Of a DNA stretch of 64,000 nt, positions 47,357 through 55,384 are shown one piece after another. Location: positions 46,042 through 110,041 of the forward strand of contig CAXXUA010000003.1 of NCBI GenBank assembly GCA_963663765.2. Reading direction: 5' to 3'. A program made the translations under genes and the position numbers. This stretch comes from Candidatus Poribacteria bacterium. Its GTDB lineage: Bacteria; Poribacteria; WGA-4E; WGA-3G. How positions within the stretch are numbered: position 1 is the stretch's first letter; each line of letters begins with the position of its first letter. A model generated the notes under the pieces. The model did not search any database and was not told the DNA's origin. It was given only the letters and a program-made list of their open reading frames with translations.

Positions 47357-47603
47357 AATATTGATAGCAAGCGCGAACTCTGAACTGAACCAAATGCTAC
47401 AAATTCTAGGGCGAAAGATACTCAATCTCACCGTCCTGATTACAACCGCACAAAAGAGGCGACGGTCTCGCAGTTGTGATAAATCCTGTGAGTGAATCCA
47501 AGTAGCCGGTAGCCTATCGGTTACCGGTTGCTTTTATACACTGGAAAGTTAGAGTAGGATTCATACACAGGAAGGGAACACGCACCCCGTGTTTTTCCTT
47601 TCC
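47357..47603 (+). ncRNA. candidate structured sRNA or 5' leader, copy 1
   Basis: It starts just downstream of the promoter. It has a 5' hairpin ttgatagc../..gctacaa, the conserved segments agggcgaaagatac and aaaagaggcgacggtctcgcagttgtgataaatcctgtgagtgaatcc, a GTAG-headed hairpin ccggtagcc-tatc-ggttaccgg, and then the hairpin ggaagggaacacg..cgtgtttttcctttcc (47570-47603). Confidence 0.5.
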
Positions 47604-47665
47604 TGTTGGCAGACTACAAACACACCATAAATACAAGGTATACAACACATTTTAGGGGAGAGATC

Positions 47666-48148
47666 ATGGCAAATGGCATTTTACAAAATCTGACAAAGGA
47701 CTTAGAGCTTTACGCAAGATTCATAGCAAAATTATCCGCATTGGTTGCCCATAGGTTTATTATGAAGCCATCATCAAATACTGTGCACCCATCAGATATT
47801 GAAAAGCAATCAGATATTGTGCACCATTCAATTACTGTGCAGCCCTCAGATATTGTGCTCCCATCAGGGGACATAATAAAACATTGGACTTCAGTTATTT
47901 ACACTATCGGTGATCATGTCTATCACTTCGTACACTCCGCATCAAACATACTTATACCAATAATTCTATCTCTCTTACTAATCAGAGTGAGTTGTAAAAT
48001 CTTGCTACTTAGACCAGATAGAACTCCTGGATACCTGCTCATACTAATTTATAGAATACCTGGTATCTCACATATCAGGAACTGGCTACGAAAATTGAAT
48101 ATCACTTTTAAAAAAGAGGAATCCCATTTCCATAAATCACAAGAGTAG
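47666..48148 (+). CDS. hypothetical small membrane protein
   Basis: ATG at 47666 lies 4 nt after an aggggagag RBS; the track start at 47606 is a TTG inside the leader. There is one clear TM segment (NILIPIILSLLLI). The central part is encoded by degenerate tcagatattgtgc repeats. Confidence 0.4.
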   Translation: MANGILQNLTKDLELYARFIAKLSALVAHRFIMKPSSNTVHPSDIEKQSDIVHHSITVQPSDIVLPSGDIIKHWTSVIYTIGDHVYHFVHSASNILIPIILSLLLIRVSCKILLLRPDRTPGYLLILIYRIPGISHIRNWLRKLNITFKKEESHFHKSQE

Positions 48149-48203
48149 TGGAAAGGGCTGCTGGACATTCTCCGGCGCACTACCGAAACTTACTAAATAA
48201 CAC

Positions 48204-48400
48204 TTGATGGATTCACACAATCGCGAGACAATAAAACTTGATATTGATAGCACAAGCGATCCAATCTAAACACACTTGCTATCAACTCCAGGGCGAAAGA
48301 TACACAATATACAAAAGAGGCGACGGTATCGCAGTTGCGATAAATCCAGTGAGTGAATCCAAAGTAGACGGGAAGCAAGCAACCACCGAGAGCTTCGCTT
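48204..48400 (+). ncRNA. candidate structured sRNA, copy 2 (includes a weaker promoter-like TTGATG-17-GACAAT)
   Basis: It aligns with copy 1 from the -35 box through gtgagtgaatccaa. The 5' hairpin ttgatagcacaag../cttgctatcaa is retained. The terminal hairpin has a completely different sequence (ggaagcaagc..gcttcgcttcc) but occupies the same position after GTAG. Confidence 0.45.
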
Positions 48401-48539
48401 CCTACCCTACTAATTACACCCTCCCCTAAATATTTTGAATGTTCAGAATGCCCCACAACGCATTTCTTAACAACCCCGTGTGGTGTAACTCTCAGCTGTT
48501 TCCATGTTTTAGTGCCTCACACGAATTTTCGCACACGTT

Positions 48540-49925
48540 TGACTGACATACTCCCCAAGCTAAAGCATGGGGGTTCTTAGTTCTTATATTGGAAAAGGTT
48601 TGAGTTGTTTCCAAACGACTTTTCCTGCTTCCGTGTCTCGTGCCCTTTCCTGAACAGCGTTGGGTCTTATTTGCACTCCACAGGCGTGACTTTCGGTGTG
48701 CCCCACCGTAGTTGGTTTCAAGTTTATTGCAGCGTTGACATCTCTATCTATAGACATATCACATTGACTGCAGTGATACATTCTTTCTGAAAGTGTAAGG
48801 TCTTTCTTTTTGTGTCCACAACCGGAACAGGTTTTACTACTTGCAAAGAACTGATCTGCTTCTTTGACAGGTATACCGCGCACTTCCGCTTTTGTCTTGA
48901 GTTTTAGCAGGAAACCGCCTAATGCTGAATCTGACAATACTTTTGCGAGGTTTCTGTTCTTCAGCATATTAGTAACCTTGAGTGTCTCAATACCGATCGC
49001 AGCGGCACGGTTGACAATCTCTGTATTTGCTTTGTGGTGTGCATCATTTCGGATACAAGCGATACAATAGTGGATACGTTCTAACTTGTGTTTCTGCTTG
49101 AACCAGTTTTTTGACTTGAAAACACGCCGGCTCAACTTGCGTTGTTCCCGCTTTAGTTTTCTCTCATAGCGTTTCAGAGGTCTTGGATTCTCATATTTCG
49201 TACCATTACTCAAGGTGGCAAGGGTGTTGATGCCTACATCTATACCGATAACAGGGTGTGTTGAATTGTCAACGACTTCGGTGTCCTCTGTTTCTACGGT
49301 GATAGATACAAACCAACGATGTGCTGTCCTTGAAATCGTCACGCTGATAATCTTCCCTACAAAACGCAATGCTTGACGCATTTTGACCCAACCAACCTTA
49401 GGCAACCGGACCCTCTTGCCTTCAACTTTCACAGATTGTTCGTCTGTTGTCCATGTATCCCGAATCCCACGCTTTTTGAATCGAGGAAACCTCGCACGTT
49501 TGCTAACCCAATTCGTAATCGCTTGACCCAAATTCTTGATCGCATATAACGCTGCACGTTGATCTTGGGAACGTGTTCAATCATACTCTTTCTTCGTTTT
49601 ATTGAAGTTAATGTTTAATGTCCGCCATGATTGGAAGGTGTCCTGATCTAAACCCGCTTTAAAATCTGATAACGCTTGATTGTAGGCAAACCTCGCATAA
49701 CCACATTGCTGAGCAAACCATGTGCGTTGTTTGTTGTTCGGATTCAATGTAATCTTGTGTGTTTTGTAGGGCATACCTAACTCCTGTAGGGTGCTGACTT
49801 CCATTGACGTGGTGTGATAGGTGCGTCAACACCTATCACGGAGTCAGTCCTATAAGGATACCATAGAAGACATATAAATGTCAACGTTTTTTGACCCAAG
49901 CATAAATGCTTGGGATTGTCAGTTA
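48540..49925 (-). mobile_element. IS200/IS605-family element of the tnpB-only (IS1341-like) type; boundaries approximate
   Basis: Matching subterminal hairpins sit at both ends in the same orientation: cccaagca-taaa-tgcttggg (49895-49914) and ccccaagc-taaa-gcatgggg (48553-48572). There is an extra hairpin gtgataggtg..cacctatcac (49814-49839) and no tnpA. Confidence 0.7.
48584..49804 (-). pseudogene. tnpB: tnpB (RuvC-like RNA-guided nuclease) interrupted by a single in-frame TGA
   Basis: Track ORFs 49577..49804 and 48584..49531 are in the same frame, giving ...NKTKKEYD*TRSQDQRAALYAIKNLGQAITNWVSKRARFPRFKKRG... The RuvC Asp (GIDVGIN), the Glu (IGIETLKV), the zinc finger CSGCG..CSQC and DRDVNAAINL are all intact. 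Confidence 0.85.
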
Positions 49926-49932
49926 ATTCCCT

Positions 49933-52155
49933 TCAAAAACGTCTAACTAACTCCAATCCCAAAAAACGAGGCTCATTGACATAACCGGTCAAATTGTTAA
50001 AATCAATACCACCAGTGGGAGATGTATCGTTTAGGATATTGCGTCCCGTTAGGGCAATCTCAGTGACAGCATCTGGCAGCTGACATGCAAGGCGGACACC
50101 ACCATTTAAAAGCCAATCATCACTATACTCCACTGAATCATAGAGAAAAAAGTGCACACGACTACGAAACGCCCAATCTGTAGAAGCAATAATCCGAAAA
50201 CCACCAGGAAGATCAAGAAAATAACGTAACGATATGTCAGCAATCCAAGTCGGTGCTTGCGGTAGACTATTCCCATCAATGTAAAAAGTATTCTCGTTAG
50301 AAGCTGGCGGATTCTGCACCGTACACGGCGCACCACATCCTACAACTGCTAAATTAGGATCGTCAATACGTGTCTGGTTGTAACTAAATGCAGTTGAAAT
50401 CTGGAGCGATGTTATTGGAAGGAAAATCAACTCTGCCTCAGCTCCACGTCCAATAGTGCTATCAGCGTTCACCAACCGATTAAAATTGGTCTCTCCACCC
50501 ACCGCAGTCAGTTGTTGATCCCGCATCAAGTAGTTGAACACTGCCAGATTCATGTGTAACCGCTGATCCCATAGACGTAGTTTCGTGCCACCTTCAATGG
50601 AAAAAACTGTCTCCGTCTCTGCGACTGTGACCTCATTACCAAACAACAAACGTCCCTGAATACTGGGTGCACGAAACCCGCGAGCTACACGCAAATATGT
50701 CTGCACGTTGGATGATACCTCATAACGTAGACTAAGATCACCGCTCCACACCGTATCCTGCGGACTTTGATGGATCGGACCAATTGCACCTAACTCAGTC
50801 ACAGCGGGGGCTTCGTCGCGCCATGCTGTATAGTCTTTCGCATCGTCAGACAACCGCACACCAGCACCAAATTCCAGTTCGTCAAGCAATTGGAACGTCA
50901 TAGAAGCGTAAGCTGCTCGTGCTGTAGCAATTTGTTCCTGACGTGCCATACCATCTTGAACTCCACTAGCCAAGGTATTATAATTGAAATCCTCCATCTC
51001 CACAAACTCATGGAAATAGTACAGTCCAAACTGGTAAGCAAGGCGACTCTCTCCAATAGTCATCAAACGGACTTCTTGACTCAACTGACGCAGCAAGGGT
51101 ATACCAGACGCAGTCTCCGATGGAGATGGTATTACACCAGGACCGCTTGTCTCAGTAAACACCGCACCATATCCACCATCAATATCACCACGAGAATATG
51201 TGGTAAGTCGCTCAAAACCTGTCAGTGAAACCAGTTGAAAATTACCAATGTCATAACGCACCTCAAGCACTAATCCACCGGATCTCAGTGTCTGTTCATT
51301 TTGTGCATCGTGCGCGATAGTATCACGCGCAAAGTTATCCACCAAGTCTCCCCTGTCAGGTTCAAGGATATTCGCACGAAACAGACGTGATGTACCATCA
51401 AGATCGCGTCCATGAAATTTAAACCATGCCTCTAATTCTGGTATCGGAGTCCACAACAGTTGCAATCGTGCTGCTGAATCACGATATCCTCCTAAAACAT
51501 CCTCTTCGTCCGTAAATTCATTATCTATCCAATCACTACGCCACTGATTAAGAATGGAAAGTCTCGCTGAAAGCACGTTCGGAACAAGTGGACCTGATAC
51601 AACACCTTCAAAATTACTGCTGTTGAAACGCCCGTAACTCAAACGACCATACCCTTCTAAAGCCTGTGTGGGACGTGCAGATTCAAACTTCACGGTACCA
51701 GCTGGTGTATTACGACCAAATAGCGTACCTTGTGGTCCGCGCAACACCTCTATCCGATCCAGATCAAATACCGGGAAACCTTTCAACATGGTATTTTCAA
51801 GCACAACTCCATCGTAGAGTACAGAAACGGGCTGCGATGCGTTAAGGTCAAAATCCGTATTGCCAAGTCCACGGATATAAAAGCGTGGAAACACACGACC
51901 AAATGAGGATTCCATCTGAAAACTCGGTGTCCGATTCGACAAAAACCGTATATCCAAGCCTGATGTTCGTAAGGTATCGGATTTATCCCCGCGTATCGTT
52001 GATACCGATAAGGGCACCTCAAATGACAACTGTTCACGTTTCCGGGCAGTAACAACAACATCCTCCAACTGAATCACATCATCCGTCTCTTCATCAGCAT
52101 AGACTATTAAGGGTAAAGTTAGCATCACTAAAAAAACTATAATTATTATCTTCAT
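49933..52155 (-). CDS. TonB-dependent outer-membrane receptor
   Basis: Signal peptide MKIIIIVFLVMLTLPLIVYA after a strong aggggag RBS (start 52155, not 52254). Plug region VVVTARKREQ...RIEVLRGPQGTLFGRN. A long beta-barrel ending in a terminal Phe. Confidence 0.85.
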   Translation of the reverse strand: MKIIIIVFLVMLTLPLIVYADEETDDVIQLEDVVVTARKREQLSFEVPLSVSTIRGDKSDTLRTSGLDIRFLSNRTPSFQMESSFGRVFPRFYIRGLGNTDFDLNASQPVSVLYDGVVLENTMLKGFPVFDLDRIEVLRGPQGTLFGRNTPAGTVKFESARPTQALEGYGRLSYGRFNSSNFEGVVSGPLVPNVLSARLSILNQWRSDWIDNEFTDEEDVLGGYRDSAARLQLLWTPIPELEAWFKFHGRDLDGTSRLFRANILEPDRGDLVDNFARDTIAHDAQNEQTLRSGGLVLEVRYDIGNFQLVSLTGFERLTTYSRGDIDGGYGAVFTETSGPGVIPSPSETASGIPLLRQLSQEVRLMTIGESRLAYQFGLYYFHEFVEMEDFNYNTLASGVQDGMARQEQIATARAAYASMTFQLLDELEFGAGVRLSDDAKDYTAWRDEAPAVTELGAIGPIHQSPQDTVWSGDLSLRYEVSSNVQTYLRVARGFRAPSIQGRLLFGNEVTVAETETVFSIEGGTKLRLWDQRLHMNLAVFNYLMRDQQLTAVGGETNFNRLVNADSTIGRGAEAELIFLPITSLQISTAFSYNQTRIDDPNLAVVGCGAPCTVQNPPASNENTFYIDGNSLPQAPTWIADISLRYFLDLPGGFRIIASTDWAFRSRVHFFLYDSVEYSDDWLLNGGVRLACQLPDAVTEIALTGRNILNDTSPTGGIDFNNLTGYVNEPRFLGLELVRRF

Positions 52156-52220
52156 ATTCTCCCCTTTCAAATATATAGTGTTGTATGTGATCTCCCAGTA
52201 TGAATTGATTTTTTTGTGCA

Positions 52221-53255
52221 TTATTTTGCAAAGTGCTGTCGCACAAATGGCCATGCACCTGATTTGTAATACCGATGTCCCCCATCACCGATAAATAGTT
52301 CACACCTATCTGCCACTCCAGCAACCGTATAGATCTCCTTCAACCGTTGATATGCAAACTTGACATGTTCTATCGGAAAAATACCATCGTCATGTCCTGC
52401 AATTGCACAGAACGGACGTGGTGCAATCAAACCTGCAACATCATACATCTCACCTAACCGCATCACACCCGGCACATAGTTGCATTCACAGTGCCGAATA
52501 GTGCCAATGCTCCCTTCAAACGTGCAAAAATAACAACTCGGTACTGCCACAGCAATGCGCGTTTCACAAGCCGCGGCAAAAAGCGATACCGTCCCGCCAC
52601 CAGAGTTACCAGTAATCGCAATCCGTTCAGGATCAACCGGCAAATCCTCTATCGCCCAATCAATCAGTCGTGACATATCCCACACCCGCTCACCAATTGG
52701 AGTCCGACCAACCAATATGCTATGAACCAACTGGTGTCTGCATGAATGCGTGTTATTGTTTTGTTTATCTGCTTCAGTACGTGTTTCTCCGAATGCACGG
52801 GTCGTCGGCGCAATAGCAATATATCCTTCCTCAACGACAGCCTGACGTGCAATGTCGCGTTCCCCTGCAATCATCTCCTGCTCCTCTTTTTCTGAATGCG
52901 CAATGCCAGCATAGATATGCGGATGGTTATGACCATGCGGCGCGAGGATTAACGGCAGCTTCCCATCAATGGATTTTGGACGAAGCAGGTAAAATGGTAA
53001 CGGCACTGTCGGTTCCACCCACAAATACCAACTTTCCCTTACATGATCGTCCAAATCTAAAACATCCAACTGTTCAGCTTTCGGAATATAATCAGCCAAG
53101 TCAGATTCTATGTTATCTAAACCGAGAATATTCCGCAACTCAGGACGAAATTTGGCTTGCCATGCTAACAATCCTTCTCGTGTTGTCTCATGGAACTCAT
53201 ATTTCCTCGGTACTGTGTGGTATAAAGTTTCAAAATGTTTATCAGCGTTATACAT
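52221..53255 (-). CDS. alpha/beta-hydrolase family esterase (carbohydrate-esterase-like)
   Basis: Nucleophile elbow GNSGGG. The overall layout resembles the acetyl-xylan-esterase/Abhydrolase_7 type. Confidence 0.65.
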   Translation of the reverse strand: MYNADKHFETLYHTVPRKYEFHETTREGLLAWQAKFRPELRNILGLDNIESDLADYIPKAEQLDVLDLDDHVRESWYLWVEPTVPLPFYLLRPKSIDGKLPLILAPHGHNHPHIYAGIAHSEKEEQEMIAGERDIARQAVVEEGYIAIAPTTRAFGETRTEADKQNNNTHSCRHQLVHSILVGRTPIGERVWDMSRLIDWAIEDLPVDPERIAITGNSGGGTVSLFAAACETRIAVAVPSCYFCTFEGSIGTIRHCECNYVPGVMRLGEMYDVAGLIAPRPFCAIAGHDDGIFPIEHVKFAYQRLKEIYTVAGVADRCELFIGDGGHRYYKSGAWPFVRQHFAK

Positions 53256-53285
53256 AAGGTTCCTCCTATTAAAATTCTATCCTAC

Positions 53286-53313
53286 TTGACAAAATTCGCA
53301 TCAATGCTATAAT
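53286..53313 (+). promoter_or_regulatory. consensus sigma70 promoter TTGACA-16-TATAAT
   Basis: ttgaca at 53286-53291, a 16-nt spacer, tataat at 53308-53313. It lies upstream of the epimerase/oxidoreductase/WD40 gene string. Confidence 0.65.
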
Positions 53314-53388
53314 AATAAACAACACACTAAAGCCTGTCAACTGAATTCAACTCAACATTACGACAGGTTGAATATGAAAGGTTTTTCA

Positions 53389-54273
53389 ATGAAAGTATTG
53401 ATAACTGGTGCTAGTGGTCGACTCGGTGCTTATGTCATCAGAGAATTGGCTGAACATCATACACTCGTCCTAATGTCCCGAAGACTACCTGCAGACGAAT
53501 TTTCAAAGTTACCGTTTATACAAGGCGACCTAAACAACTTTGAAGACTGCCAACGCGCTGTGGAAGGTATAGACGCTATCCAACACCTTGGCGCACAACC
53601 CGGTCCTGCCGATCATCCCGATATGCGTGCAAATGCCGAAGAAAAAGGTATACCTTTTGATACAACTTTCAAAACCAATATGCTCGGCACCTACTACCTC
53701 ATGCAAGCCGCAATTGAAGCAGATGTACAAACGGTGGTCATGTCCGGCAGCAACTGCGCATTAGGGCATGGGTTCCGTATTAGCAAAACACACATACCAA
53801 TCGATTACCTACCTATAGACGAAGAACATCCCTGCTACCCTGAAGATTCCTATAGTTTCTCCAAACGTTGTGGTGAAGACCTATTAGCAAGTTACACGCG
53901 TGCCTACGGTATCCGAACCTATATCACCCGTCCGGCAGGTATAACACCAGAGGAACGCAGGCAGCAGATGGCACAAAATGCCAAACCTACAAACGGTTGG
54001 ACACCTTGGTTGTGGTGTTGGGTAGGCAGTGAAGACGTCGCAAGTTCACACCGTTTGATCATGGAAAATGCTGACACACTGCCACCGCACGATGTCTATT
54101 TTCTAAACGCAGATGATACCTCTGCTTTAGAACCCTCCTTAGAACTGGTAGAACGTTTCAAACCGGAATTTCTGCCAAAAGTCAGGACACTAAAAGGACA
54201 TCAATCGTTTATCAACTGTGACAAACTCAAAAATGCTGTCGGGTGGCAACACGAAACATCTTGGAGGGAATAA
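53389..54273 (+). CDS. NAD-dependent epimerase/dehydratase family protein
   Basis: MKVLITGASGRLGAY Rossmann motif. I prefer the start at 53389, which follows a gaaagg RBS. Confidence 0.75.
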   Translation: MKVLITGASGRLGAYVIRELAEHHTLVLMSRRLPADEFSKLPFIQGDLNNFEDCQRAVEGIDAIQHLGAQPGPADHPDMRANAEEKGIPFDTTFKTNMLGTYYLMQAAIEADVQTVVMSGSNCALGHGFRISKTHIPIDYLPIDEEHPCYPEDSYSFSKRCGEDLLASYTRAYGIRTYITRPAGITPEERRQQMAQNAKPTNGWTPWLWCWVGSEDVASSHRLIMENADTLPPHDVYFLNADDTSALEPSLELVERFKPEFLPKVRTLKGHQSFINCDKLKNAVGWQHETSWRE

Positions 54274-54274
54274 C

Positions 54275-55357
54275 ATGGAAACGAGTGATCGAACCCGCAT
54301 CGGTGTTGTCGGCGTAGGAAGTATTGCAGTGCGTGGCATTCTCCCGCACCTCACACAAGACGATGTCCAAGATAGATTACAGGTAACTGCTGTTTGTGAC
54401 CCTGTCCCTGGAAGAGCACAAGCCGCATCCAAAAAATTCAATATACCCCATGCTTACGAGACGTTTGAAGAAATGTTGGCAGAAGGTCATGTTGACGTTG
54501 TCAGCATTGCATCCCCCATAGGGATCCATTATAAGCAAGGCAAACTCGCTATTGAACACGGTGTCCACGCACACTTCAACAAAACAATGACTACCACAGT
54601 TGATGAGGCTGATGACCTGATTGAATCGGCAAAGCGAAAAGGAGTCAAATTAGTCGCATCCCCCGGACAAATGTTACGTCCGATACATCAAGAAATAAAA
54701 AGACTTATTGATGATGGTGCTATCGGAACGTTAACTTGGGCAGCAACCGGTTCATCCTTCGGCAGATACCATGAAGCGGAATCGGTTCGACACGGGAACG
54801 ATGTCCTCTCTAACATCAATCCAGCGTGGTACTTCCGCAAACCAGGTGGCGGTCCACTATACGACATGACCGTTTACGGACTGCATACAATGACAGGTAT
54901 CCTCGGTCCTGTCAAGCGCGTAACCGCTTTCTCTGGTGTGCGTGTCAAGGAACGTGAATTCCGAGGTGAGATGCTGCCATGCGATATGGATGATAACACT
55001 TTTATTCTACTTGACTTCGGTGAAGCTTTCTTCGGTTTTGTCTACGGTGCCGCGGCAGGACACGCGATCAAAGGTGGATTAGCAATTAACGGAACCGCAG
55101 GTTCTATTGAGGGAAGCACAATCAACGGCAAACCAATTGACGCACCGAAAAGGCAACTGCCGCACGTCGTCGGACCGCATCGTAGCATACAGGAAGCACA
55201 TGTGTTTGAAGACATCATGCAACTCGTTGACTGGATCCGCGAGGATAAACCTACCATCGTTACAGCGGAGCATGCACGACATGTCATTGAAATCTTTGAT
55301 GCAGGATACCGATCAGCAGAGTCAGGACAAGCACAAGACCTCCGCACAACATTTTGA
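54275..55357 (+). CDS. Gfo/Idh/MocA family oxidoreductase
   Basis: METSDRTRIGVVGVGSIAVRG Rossmann N-terminus. The ATG at 54275 follows a ggaggg RBS and lies 1 nt after the upstream stop. The track start at 54218 overlaps the previous gene. Confidence 0.8.
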   Translation: METSDRTRIGVVGVGSIAVRGILPHLTQDDVQDRLQVTAVCDPVPGRAQAASKKFNIPHAYETFEEMLAEGHVDVVSIASPIGIHYKQGKLAIEHGVHAHFNKTMTTTVDEADDLIESAKRKGVKLVASPGQMLRPIHQEIKRLIDDGAIGTLTWAATGSSFGRYHEAESVRHGNDVLSNINPAWYFRKPGGGPLYDMTVYGLHTMTGILGPVKRVTAFSGVRVKEREFRGEMLPCDMDDNTFILLDFGEAFFGFVYGAAAGHAIKGGLAINGTAGSIEGSTINGKPIDAPKRQLPHVVGPHRSIQEAHVFEDIMQLVDWIREDKPTIVTAEHARHVIEIFDAGYRSAESGQAQDLRTTF

Positions 55358-55384
55358 CCTGTTTCAAAAAAAAGAGGTATTTTC

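Noticed and set aside
47357-47603. Assignment of the structured-RNA candidate to a known riboswitch class or a type III antitoxin
   Set aside because: The classes considered were ykkC/guanidine, yybP, c-di-GMP, TPP and fluoride. Only trivial resemblances were found (for example ctaggg, or a GNRA-like gcgaaag), and none of the conserved cores of those classes is present. It is not a short tandem repeat like ToxI. It stays an unclassified candidate.
47606-47665. TTG start at 47606 for the membrane ORF, and the long N-terminal extensions of other track ORFs
   Set aside because: Affected track starts: 9778, 15603, 28018, 52254, 53368 and 54218. These extensions lack an RBS and overlap upstream genes or regulatory hairpins. 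Each precedes an internal ATG that has a good RBS and a sensible signal or Rossmann N-terminus.
49577-49579. Genome-wide UGA reassignment (to Trp or Gly) as the explanation for the tnpB stop
   Set aside because: Well-supported genes in the window end in TGA at the expected protein length, for example 23438..24295 (PEEE*) and 54275..55357. TGA therefore functions as a stop here. Local read-through cannot be excluded.
48584-49804. Frameshifted tnpB, the first impression from its two ORFs
   Set aside because: Checking the coordinates shows that both ORFs are in the same frame. The lesion is a single in-frame TGA at 49577-49579, not an indel.
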